NCBI GenBank assembly: GCA_963807165.1 | Contig: CAWDZM010000001.1 | Coordinates: 32,214-96,213, forward strand | DNA length: 64,000 bases | From: an uncultured bacterium | GTDB lineage: Bacteria; Patescibacteriota; Minisyncoccia; UBA6257; 2-01-FULL-56-20 | Direction: 5' to 3' | Shown: positions 1-8,579 of the stretch, one piece after another | Numbering within the stretch: the first letter of the stretch is position 1 | Layout of the letters: each line of letters opens with the position of its first letter | Notes under the pieces: model-generated | Told to the model about the DNA's origin: nothing | Seen by the model: only the letters and a program-made list of their open reading frames with translations | Databases searched by the model: none | Made by a program: the position numbers and the translations under genes

Positions 1-141
1 ATGGAGCCCGGCAAGTGCGACGACCTCCGATGGTTCCCACTCGACGCCCTGCCCGACAACACCATTCCCTACATCCGCGAGGCGATCCGTTGCTATCGCG
101 AAGGCGTGGGGTACAGCGAGTGGGGGTTTGATATAATATAA
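1..141 (+). CDS. Partial CDS (3' end), probable NUDIX hydrolase
   Basis: Frame 1 reads MEPGKCDDLRWFPLDALPDNTIPYIREAI..., typical of a NUDIX C-terminus; truncated by the window edge. Confidence 0.6.
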   Translation: MEPGKCDDLRWFPLDALPDNTIPYIREAIRCYREGVGYSEWGFDII

Positions 142-143
142 AA

Positions 144-371
144 ATGAATTGGCTAAAGCAAAACTGGTTTAAGATGTCGTTTCTTATCGTCACGATTATA
201 GCCGTTGCTATGTGGGAAATAATTCAGTGGAAATATTATGAGCTTGAGAAATATCAAACTGAGCAATCAGCTATAAATTGGGCATTTACCGAAAATCATG
301 CTTCTAGTTTAGTTGGGACAAGAGAGGGGCAAGCTTTTAAAAACAATTTTTGGAATCTTTTTGATCATTAG
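144..371 (+). CDS. Small membrane-anchored hypothetical protein
   Basis: 75 aa ORF, N-terminal hydrophobic helix; TATAAT 6 nt upstream of ATG. Confidence 0.6.
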   Translation: MNWLKQNWFKMSFLIVTIIAVAMWEIIQWKYYELEKYQTEQSAINWAFTENHASSLVGTREGQAFKNNFWNLFDH

Positions 372-403
372 CCCATTTCGAATGGAAATAATTTAAAGGT
401 GGG

Positions 404-1471
404 ATGACTGAAATGGACACACCTTATGTTCGTAACGATATAGAAAAATTTAGGCTGGTTGTGGAAGAGCTCGAGGTTTGTCGTGAAATGATAAAGTCGG
501 CATCTCACGTGAAATCTCGCACGGCTCTCATCTTAATGGATAATCTTGCAGAGATTTTGGCTATAAGAATTTATGAAGCAGCTTTTAAAAGGGATAATAC
601 TTTCGCTCTAGTAGAAAGGCCTCGTATAAATTTTGCAGAAATTAGGGATGCAAAAGGTGATTTTTCTAGAAAGATATCTCTCTTAGAAAAATTGGGGGCT
701 ATTTCTAAATATGATGCCAGCGTATTAAGAGTCAGTCATCAATATAGGAATGCGGCTTTTCATAGGGATACTCACAACGTATCTATAATAAGAAGCTTGG
801 CGATGGTTTGTTTTCGGAGTGTGTGCCATCTCTTTGTCGTCAATTATAATATCGGGGTTTCGTATGGCGGGATGGAGTCTTTGAGATGGCTCGTCCCGTA
901 TGCCAAAAATACAACTCGTTTGAATTTTCGGGAGGATTCTCAAATAATTGCGGACAAGCTCTTGAGGGGGATAACAAAGTCAGCAGCAACTCTGCGGAAG
1001 CATTTTGCGAAAGATATCCTTGAGCGCTTGAAGGATATCGGAAGCATAAGAAATGAAATCGGCTATGGTAATCCCGACTTGCTTTTGAATGAATTTTTGA
1101 GGTTGGCAGAATTCGACGAAGAACATCCATTTGCAAAATATGTTGAATATTATGCGTTTACCAGGAGTCTCGCTACGGCACAGCTAGATTCTCTAAAGGT
1201 GCAAGGCCAATTATTTGACCTTAAAGAAAAGGCTGATAAAAAAATGGAAGAGGATTTGAAACTATTCAAAGCGACTGTTTCTACAAAGATACTCGATGAG
1301 GCAGTAAATTTTTTGCGAAGGAGTGAATCTTTAAAATCGGCGGATAAAATCCTTTTTGCTTATCAGCAGCTGGATTTTAAACTCTCAAGATTCGAGTATT
1401 ATCTTTGGAAATTGGAAATAGAGTGGGACGAGCGTGTCCAAATGGAGATAGATTTTGCGAGGGGGAAATAG
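404..1471 (+). CDS. Hypothetical protein with HEPN-like N-terminal domain
   Basis: 355 aa, AT-rich; ALILMDNLAE helix and RNAAFH (R-X4-H) motif. Confidence 0.55.
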   Translation: MTEMDTPYVRNDIEKFRLVVEELEVCREMIKSASHVKSRTALILMDNLAEILAIRIYEAAFKRDNTFALVERPRINFAEIRDAKGDFSRKISLLEKLGAISKYDASVLRVSHQYRNAAFHRDTHNVSIIRSLAMVCFRSVCHLFVVNYNIGVSYGGMESLRWLVPYAKNTTRLNFREDSQIIADKLLRGITKSAATLRKHFAKDILERLKDIGSIRNEIGYGNPDLLLNEFLRLAEFDEEHPFAKYVEYYAFTRSLATAQLDSLKVQGQLFDLKEKADKKMEEDLKLFKATVSTKILDEAVNFLRRSESLKSADKILFAYQQLDFKLSRFEYYLWKLEIEWDERVQMEIDFARGK

Positions 1472-1485
1472 GGTATAATAAAAAT

Positions 1486-1980
1486 ATGGATCCAAAGCAC
1501 GTTGTCTTTGTTAAGGATTTAATTAAAGGCAAAATTGCTGAGATTATTTTTGAGCAAATGTTTCGGGAATCGGAGAGGTACACCATCCTTCATTCCGGCT
1601 ATGAGTATACACTTCCCGAGCTTGCTCAATATCAACACCTCGCAGAAGTGAAGGCAGTGATTGAAAATATCAGGAACGCTCCAGATTTTGTTCTTATTTC
1701 ACAAGATAAGAGAGAGGTTTATTTAGTGGAAGTTAAATATCGAACACGTCGTTATCCCGAGGATTTGGCGAGAATCTGCGAGGAAACCTTAAAGACTTGG
1801 AATCCTTGCTGGCTTTTCATAGCTTCTCCTGATGGCTTTTTCTTCGAGCCGTGCAATTCCGTCTTGAATAATGACGGAAGGATAGGGGAATTGGTTAACG
1901 AGAGATTCGTTGACCATGCCATTAGGGATGAGTATCTGGAATTATTAAAAGAATTAGAGGTCGGGAATAACGTGCATTAA
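1486..1980 (+). CDS. PD-(D/E)XK family nuclease-like protein
   Basis: E...PDF...VEVK motif; ATG at 1486 lies 6 nt after TATAAT. Confidence 0.65.
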   Translation: MDPKHVVFVKDLIKGKIAEIIFEQMFRESERYTILHSGYEYTLPELAQYQHLAEVKAVIENIRNAPDFVLISQDKREVYLVEVKYRTRRYPEDLARICEETLKTWNPCWLFIASPDGFFFEPCNSVLNNDGRIGELVNERFVDHAIRDEYLELLKELEVGNNVH

Positions 1981-2020
1981 GCACGTCTTATGGTTTTAGT
2001 ACGGCAGTATTTTCAGGCTA

Positions 2021-3700
2021 TTAGGTAGAAGAAGCGGTCGTAGTAGAAGCTTCGCCCCAGGGGAGAAGATAATTTAATAATTCAGGAGAATTTAATAGCG
2101 GGCCAAGAGCGGTATAGTAGGCGTCCGCAGCTGCTTTTACTTTATTTATATCAGTGGTGTTCTGATAGACATTATTGAATAATGCTGTTTGGTAAAGTAT
2201 GTTTAGCATCACAGAATTAGAATCTATGGCTAATGCTTGTTTATATTTCGCGGCGCCTAATAAGTATTCACCCTGAATCGTATATAGCTTTCCCCAGTAC
2301 ATATAGGGGGTTGGGTCGTTTGGATATTTGTTTGCTAGCCATGAGAAAAATGTATTGAAGTTTGTAGTGGTGCTGCTCTCTACAAAATAGCCCAAAGATT
2401 GATCCAGTTTATCTTCATTGTAGGTACTTACATCGAGGACGCCTGTTAATCCCGTGCTTTCAAGAAGTTTGAGTACCTGCTCTTTTGGTAGTGAAGATGC
2501 TTGCGTAAAATATTGAGCCTCAAAAGATTGTAGGAATGACTGATAAGTTATGTCGTTCACATAAAGTCTGTTATCAAACATAGACTTCAAATACTCTTCT
2601 GCTAAAGGATAATTATTTTCCTGAGAATATATTTCTGCCATTTGACCATCAACATAGGCGTTCCAAGTGCCTGCGTCATCATTTATATAAGCTAAGAATT
2701 GTTTCTTTATGTTCGGGTCTCCAATGCCTTGTCCGACATTTTGGAGGTGTTGGTCGAGGAGTGTAAATTCATTTTGTGAATTTTGCATTAAAGCCAGAGC
2801 GACATCGTAGTTTTGCTTCTCGGTGTACGCAGGAACGAAAAATTGTTCTAGCATAGCTTTATCAACTGCCCCAATATAAAAACCCTCATCATGGGGCGAT
2901 AAAACGCCCAATTTAACTAATCTATTAATCCGATTCTGCACATCAAAATAGGCGTATATATTGGAATCAGGGAAAAATAGCGGGAATCTTACAACGGGAT
3001 TTAGATATGTAATAAGGCCAGTCGAATCTGTTTCGACGAGATTGGCCATTCCGAGGCAATTAGAATCTTGAAGGATAAAATTATCTATGGGTTTTTTTTG
3101 TAACCCATAGTATCGGAGAACTGACGGGGGGATAGAAGTCTGTATAAGTGTGAGCGGAGGGATGGATTCTGAAGTGTCGGTGAAATCAATTGTTGGAGGT
3201 TGGCTTAGTACATAGGAGCTTGATTTGAGAGGGGTCGAAAGAAGTGCGTCATAAATTCCTTGATTGATATTTTGGTCTATCTCTGTATTTGATGTAAATG
3301 AGCCAGAAGAAGTTAGCGTTAGTGGTTGAATGAAAGAAACTGTAAATATTTGATTTGGATCGCAACTATTTCCGTGCAAATATGCGATTTGTTGATGGAC
3401 TATATAAGTAGAAACAAGCGCGATCAAAAGAAGAAAAACATAGAATATTTTTTTATTCCTATTTAGTTGTTTATATAAAGCGAGTGCGGTGAGGGCGATG
3501 ATTCCTAAAAAAGTTAAGGTGATAAATATATATCTGTTGAAAATGAGAAAAAGGTAATAATTTATAACAGTAAATCCGGGTGCTAAAAATGAGAAAACAT
3601 TTGTGAAGAGAGCTAATAAAAAAGCCGAAATTAACCCACCAATAACGGTGATGAGAATGCCCTGCCGAAACTCTTTTGTCTTTCGAGGTTTTTTCTCCAT
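2021..3700 (-). CDS. Membrane protein with C-terminal TPR-like repeat
   Basis: 559 aa, about 3 N-terminal TM helices, TPR-like YPNDPTPYMYWG...AAKYKQALAIDSN; AT-rich. Confidence 0.65.
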   Translation of the reverse strand: MEKKPRKTKEFRQGILITVIGGLISAFLLALFTNVFSFLAPGFTVINYYLFLIFNRYIFITLTFLGIIALTALALYKQLNRNKKIFYVFLLLIALVSTYIVHQQIAYLHGNSCDPNQIFTVSFIQPLTLTSSGSFTSNTEIDQNINQGIYDALLSTPLKSSSYVLSQPPTIDFTDTSESIPPLTLIQTSIPPSVLRYYGLQKKPIDNFILQDSNCLGMANLVETDSTGLITYLNPVVRFPLFFPDSNIYAYFDVQNRINRLVKLGVLSPHDEGFYIGAVDKAMLEQFFVPAYTEKQNYDVALALMQNSQNEFTLLDQHLQNVGQGIGDPNIKKQFLAYINDDAGTWNAYVDGQMAEIYSQENNYPLAEEYLKSMFDNRLYVNDITYQSFLQSFEAQYFTQASSLPKEQVLKLLESTGLTGVLDVSTYNEDKLDQSLGYFVESSTTTNFNTFFSWLANKYPNDPTPYMYWGKLYTIQGEYLLGAAKYKQALAIDSNSVMLNILYQTALFNNVYQNTTDINKVKAAADAYYTALGPLLNSPELLNYLLPWGEASTTTASST

Positions 3701-3879
3701 GCCCAGCCACTTAACTTTGACCCCCTAATAAGCTCTATCTTAAAGGACTTTTCATATTCCCGAAAGAGAGGTTTGGCTAGCTCTAATTGGAAATGAGAAA
3801 ATCAAAAGATAATAAATTTACCAAGCTTGGAGATGGAAATACTGAAATTACTCGGTATTTTGCGCTATAATATCCCCAC

Positions 3880-5413
3880 ATGCTCCAATCCACCGCCCTA
3901 GCCCTGCTCAAAACGGGCGAGAACGTATTCCTGACCGGCGCGCCGGGCGCGGGGAAGACGTACGTCCTCAATCAATATATCGATTTCCTGAACCAGTACG
4001 AGGTGGAGGCGGCCGTCACGGCGTACACCGGGATCGCGGCGAGCCACATCAACGGGCGGACGCTCCATTCGTGGGCGGGGCTGACGCGCGGGCCGATGCA
4101 CGAGGACGCGCAGGAGGTGGATCGCGTGCGGGCGAATGAGTATCCTGACCGACCGCATCCGCCGCGCGCGGGTGCTTATTATAGACGAGATCAGCATGCT
4201 GCATCCCGCGCAGTTCGATCGCGTGGATCTGATCTGCCGCACCGCGCGGAATTCGCACGAGCCGTTCGGCGGATTACAGCTCATCTGTTGCGGCGATTTC
4301 TTTCAGATCCCGCCGGTGAACGGCGAGAGTGAAAAGTTTGTGATCGACTCCGTCGCGTGGAAGAACGCGGACATGCGCGTGTGTTATCTGACGGAACAGC
4401 ATCGGCAGGCGGGTGCCGTCGATGGGAGCGGTGTTTCAAGCAGCGGCGAACTCTTAGAGATTCTGGACGCCATCCGCGCGGGCGCCGTGACGCCGGCGGT
4501 CGTTGCCGCGCTCGACGCGCGTATCGGAGCGGCGATCGATGCGCCGATCGGCATCGCGCGACTCTACACCCATCGCGAGAATGTGGATGAGATCAACGCC
4601 GCGGAACTGCGCAAGCTCGCGACACCGGACGTCGTCTACGACGCGTACCAGAGCGGCCCCGCGGCGCTCGTCGAAAAATTAAAAAAAGATAACGACGTGC
4701 CGGACAAATTCGTTTTAAAGATCGGCGCGCGCGTGATGTTTACCAAAAATAATATGGGCGCGGGATACGTGAACGGCACACTCGGCGAAGTGATCGGGTT
4801 TGAGAACGGGGGAGATGGGAACAACGGCGAGTCGGTGGGTAAAAATGCCGCTGGTGCACCAATGCCGCAAACCGCCACCGAAGCGAACCCCGTCATTATG
4901 ACGTTTGATAAAAAGAAAATAACCCCAGGCCGCTTTCAGTGGAAAGTGGAGGAAGGCGGCAAAGTACGCGCGAGCGTTTCCCAGCTGCCGCTCAAACTCG
5001 CGTGGGCGATCACCGTGCACAAGAGCCAGGGGATGACGCTCGACGCCGCCGTGATCGACCTTGGCCGCGCCTTCGACCGCGGCATGGGCTATGTGGCGCT
5101 CTCGCGCGTGCGCGAGCTTAAGAACATCTCCTTGATAGGCTTCAACGCCGTTGCTCTGCAAGTGAGCCCGCGCGTGCAATCGCTCGACGCCGGCTTCCGC
5201 GCCTCCTCGCGGCGCGCAGAGGACGACATTGCCGCGCTCCCCGCCGACGAACTGCGCGCCGCGCAGAGCGAGTTCATCCGCCGCGCGGGCGAGGAGTCGG
5301 GCCCGAAAGGCCATTCTGCGACAGCCGGCCATGAGGCCGGGGCCGGCACTGTCTTTGACGACCTGCGCATTGACTACACCGACATCGACGAAATGCCCGT
5401 GGCGGATTTTTGA
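3880..5413 (+). CDS. PIF1-family DNA helicase (one frameshift near 4140)
   Basis: Walker A GAPGAGKT in first ORF; DEISM, GDFFQ, LAWAITVHKSQGMTL and YVALSR in second ORF; joined by removing one base at TATCCTGACC. Confidence 0.85.
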
Positions 5414-5466
5414 GGCCAGGCCGGCTTTTTAGATAGTTTTAATGCAGCATCTGCTACTATCGCAGG

Positions 5467-5853
5467 ATGGAGAAAGATTTTTCGAAATGGCACGACTTTA
5501 AAAGTAAACTTCAAAAGATCGACAAAAGATTCTATTTTCAAGAACGGGGTATTTGGCTCTGCTCAGTGGGGTTAAATCTTGGCCACGAAGAGGATGGGAA
5601 ACGAGATCAATTTTTAAGACCAGTTATTGTTTTTAAAAAATTTGATGACGATACTTTTTGGGGCATTCCGCTAACGAGTCAAGTGCACGGAGGCGTTCGC
5701 TACTTCCAATTTTTATTTGGTAATCGTATTGCGGTTGCAATGCTATCTCAGATGCGTCTTTTTGATAGAAAACGCTTTATCCGTAGGATCGGCGAAATGT
5801 CCAACTCAGAATTTGATAGATTAAAATCGCAATTGCGCAACATGATGCAATAA
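5467..5853 (+). CDS. PemK/MazF-family endoribonuclease toxin (no protein antitoxin adjacent)
   Basis: IW..VGLNLGHEEDGK...RPVIV.KKF...WGIPLTS...SQMRLFDRKR pattern. Confidence 0.8.
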   Translation: MEKDFSKWHDFKSKLQKIDKRFYFQERGIWLCSVGLNLGHEEDGKRDQFLRPVIVFKKFDDDTFWGIPLTSQVHGGVRYFQFLFGNRIAVAMLSQMRLFDRKRFIRRIGEMSNSEFDRLKSQLRNMMQ

Positions 5854-5972
5854 AAAACGGAACCCCTTCTGAAAAGAAGGGGTTCCTCGGAGGCCAAAAG
5901 GCCAAAGAGTCGTTCGGAACCCTCACATTGAGATTCCTCGGAGGCCGAAGCCAAAATGGATCCCATGATCCT
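5852..5972 (-). ncRNA. Candidate small RNA with two structured repeats, convergent on pemK
   Basis: Minus-strand TTGACG-N16-TAGAAT promoter (6006-5979), GGC-UUCG-GCC hairpin, repeated GGCCUCCGAGGAA, terminator hairpin plus U-tract ending at the pemK stop. Confidence 0.6.
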
Positions 5973-6096
5973 GTTATTATTCTACTCAAAGCGATTTACT
6001 CGTCAAATCTTTTTTAATAAATATTTAATGTGCAATAAGGTATGATTACCGTAAGGTCGTCGAACCCTAAATCCTAAAATAAAAAATAATACTATT

Positions 6097-6216
6097 ATGG
6101 CACAAGACGAAGATGTGGATGTAAACGAAGAATTGGAGCACGAGGTTGAGGCAGAGGACATCGAGGCCAACACGGACGACACGCCGACGGATGACAACGG
6201 CGACGCAAAGGAATAG
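6097..6216 (+). CDS. Very acidic 39-aa micro-protein
   Basis: MAQDEDVDVNEELEHEVEAEDIEANTDDTPTDDNGDAKE; stop 6 nt before next gene; below ORF-track cutoff. Confidence 0.55.
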   Translation: MAQDEDVDVNEELEHEVEAEDIEANTDDTPTDDNGDAKE

Positions 6217-6222
6217 TGCGAG

Positions 6223-6462
6223 ATGAAGATCTTTGTGCGTGCAAAGCCTGGCGTCAAAAAAGAATATATAAAAGAGACGACCGATCTTTTTGAAAAGTCC
6301 GGCGAGCGGCATTTTGTGGTGGCGGTTGCTGCGCGTGCGGTGGACGGAAGGGCGAATCGCGCGATCGAAAAAGCGCTCGCGGAACATTTTAATGTGCCGC
6401 CGTCTCGCGTGCGGATTGTTTCTGGGCAAACGACAAAGGAAAAAATTGTAGAAATCGGATAA
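6223..6462 (+). CDS. DUF167 / YggU family protein
   Basis: V.AKPG...V.V.A.AVDGRAN.A....LA..F.VP.S.V.IVSG.T.KEK. Confidence 0.85.
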   Translation: MKIFVRAKPGVKKEYIKETTDLFEKSGERHFVVAVAARAVDGRANRAIEKALAEHFNVPPSRVRIVSGQTTKEKIVEIG

Positions 6463-6750
6463 ATAAAAGCGGCGGCACGATGGTTGGTCGTGTCGCCGAT
6501 GTTCTTTATGCGGCCTTGGCCTTCGGTGACGGAGAAGGTCTTTTAGGTAAAAAATTATTTATCAGCGTTGTTTGGAGCCTGAAGGATTCCTCCGGGGCGA
6601 ATAGCGCTTGAGGGCCATCATCGCCACGGTAGAATTGACGATGCTGTTCCGACACGGATAACGGATTTTCTGACGATGTGATTCTCATCGCGTGCCTCCA
6701 ATCCCTTTCTACTTTCAGTATATCACTTGTGGTGTTGTATAATAGTAGCT

Positions 6751-7656
6751 ATGGATACTTCAACCCGCGTGGTGATCATCGGCGCCGGAGAACTTGGCAA
6801 GGCAATCGGTGGCTTGATCGTAAAGAAAGGCGCTGGCGTGGATCTTTGGGACGCGAATCCGGCGGTGGTGCCGGGGCAGAAGCCGCTCGCAGAGATCGTC
6901 CCGCTTGCGCACTATGTGTTCTTTTGCGTCCCTTCGTGGGCGATGCGCGATGCGGTGGTCAGCGTGGTGCCGTATCTTTCGCCGCAAGCGGCGGTGTTTT
7001 CCTTTGCAAAGGGGATAGAGAAATATTCCTTCCAGACGATGGCGGAGGTGGTGCCGGCGCTCTTGCCGCCGACCCAGCCGTTTGTGGTGGTGGGCGGACC
7101 GATGCTCGCGGAGGAGATCAACGTCGGCAAGCGCGCGATCGGCGTTTTTGCATCGCCTGACGCCGCCGCGCGCGAATCCGCGCGCGAGCTCTTTACCGGC
7201 GATCGTTTCCATGTGGAAACCTCCGAGGACGCGCCGGGTGTCGCGCTCGCGGGTGTCCTTAAGAATATTTATGCGGTTGCGCTCGGCATTGCGGACGGGT
7301 TAGAGCTCTCCGGCAACGAGAAAGGCTGGCTGACCGGCCGCGCGATCTCCGAGATGCGCGATATCGCCGGAGTGATGGGCGTCGAGAAGGATACGATATT
7401 GGGCGCCGCGGGAGTGGGGGATTTTATCGCAACCGGATACAGCGTGCATTCACGCAATCATCAAACGGGCGTTGAGATCGTGGCGACGGGAAAGTGCGAC
7501 ATCCGTGGCGAGGGACTGACCGCGCTCCCGTTCCTCATTGAACGCTTAGGAAAGGAAAAAGCGGCGACGTTTGCGTTGCTTATGCTGGTGAATACGATTG
7601 GGATCGAGTGCAAACCGGCGCGCGAAGCATTCGAAGCGTTCTTCGCCGCCCGCTAA
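6751..7656 (+). CDS. gpsA: NAD(P)H-dependent glycerol-3-phosphate dehydrogenase
   Basis: GAGELG Rossmann motif, KGIE, GGPMLAEE, LKNIYA, GVGDF, SRN. Confidence 0.85.
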   Translation: MDTSTRVVIIGAGELGKAIGGLIVKKGAGVDLWDANPAVVPGQKPLAEIVPLAHYVFFCVPSWAMRDAVVSVVPYLSPQAAVFSFAKGIEKYSFQTMAEVVPALLPPTQPFVVVGGPMLAEEINVGKRAIGVFASPDAAARESARELFTGDRFHVETSEDAPGVALAGVLKNIYAVALGIADGLELSGNEKGWLTGRAISEMRDIAGVMGVEKDTILGAAGVGDFIATGYSVHSRNHQTGVEIVATGKCDIRGEGLTALPFLIERLGKEKAATFALLMLVNTIGIECKPAREAFEAFFAAR

Positions 7657-8390
7657 ACGCCGCCGCTCTGGTGCCATAAGCTATCAAAAAGTACTTCCAT
7701 CGAGTGATGGATGCTCTCATCCTCCATCACGATGCCAAACGGCATCTTTTTGTTGAGGGAGATGATGGCAACTTTGTTGGCATAGATGAATGTGCAGTTG
7801 TGGATCTCTATTGCGGCGGGCAAGAACTGCGTGACGCGCAGTTCCTCGCCATCTCGTTGCTTGAGCGCCATCGCTTCCTTTGACTTTGGGGTCAATATCC
7901 GCATCCTTAAATAGTGCCGATAGCGCTTTTCGATAAAATCTTCCAAGTATGGCAGGCCGAGGAGTTCAATCCATTCTTCCCACGAGAGCAACGCAGAAAT
8001 ATGTTGCTTCGCATCCAGGATGTCGTTCATGATCTGGTGGATTTCGTCCACGCCCGTGTATGCCCGGATCTTAGGCTGTGCGGCGGGGTCTTTGCGGAGT
8101 GATTGAAGGGCAGGCAGAGCCAGGGTAAGTGCCTCCTCGCGCTCTTTCAAGGCGGCAAGGAGCTTCTCTGGGTTCTCTGCCGACCACATCTTGCGCTTGC
8201 GTTGGATGTAGGCCGACATGAGCCCTTTTTTGTTGAGGGAGGCAATGATAAGGTTGGCGCTTGTGCGGGGGATTCGTGCCTTTTTGGCGATATCCGTGGC
8301 AGAACTTGCCCCTAATTCGAGCGCAGCCAAATATACCGATGCCTCTAAAGGCGAATAACCAAGAGCCTCAATGACGGTTTTGATGCGCAT
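7653..8390 (-). CDS. TrmB-family transcriptional regulator
   Basis: LGYSPLEASVYLAALELG...IAKKARIPRT HTH plus C-terminal IYANKVAII domain. Confidence 0.85.
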   Translation of the reverse strand: MRIKTVIEALGYSPLEASVYLAALELGASSATDIAKKARIPRTSANLIIASLNKKGLMSAYIQRKRKMWSAENPEKLLAALKEREEALTLALPALQSLRKDPAAQPKIRAYTGVDEIHQIMNDILDAKQHISALLSWEEWIELLGLPYLEDFIEKRYRHYLRMRILTPKSKEAMALKQRDGEELRVTQFLPAAIEIHNCTFIYANKVAIISLNKKMPFGIVMEDESIHHSMEVLFDSLWHQSGGV

Positions 8391-8521
8391 GGATGATTTT
8401 TATAACAGTATAGCACATTTTGAAAAAATGATGACGTAAATGTCGTCATTTTTTATAAGGTTGTTATCGCAAAAATCCCAGATTCTGTTTATGAAAAAAT
8501 AGTAAAATTTTTTTGGCATAG

Positions 8522-8530
8522 TTATCCACA
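8522..8530 (+). promoter_or_regulatory. DnaA box upstream of ribonucleotide reductase
   Basis: Exact TTATCCACA about 50 nt before the nrdJ start. Confidence 0.45.
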
Positions 8531-8579
8531 GAATTATTTGCTATTCATCCGTTGACTTCAGTAGGACAATGGATAGACC

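Noticed and set aside
5858-5952. CRISPR mini-array
   Set aside because: Only two units with internal variation and no spacer structure; better read as a structured RNA
6506-6688. 60-aa minus-strand ORF between DUF167 and gpsA
   Set aside because: Has an SD-like site and hairpin but no recognisable features; not enough support
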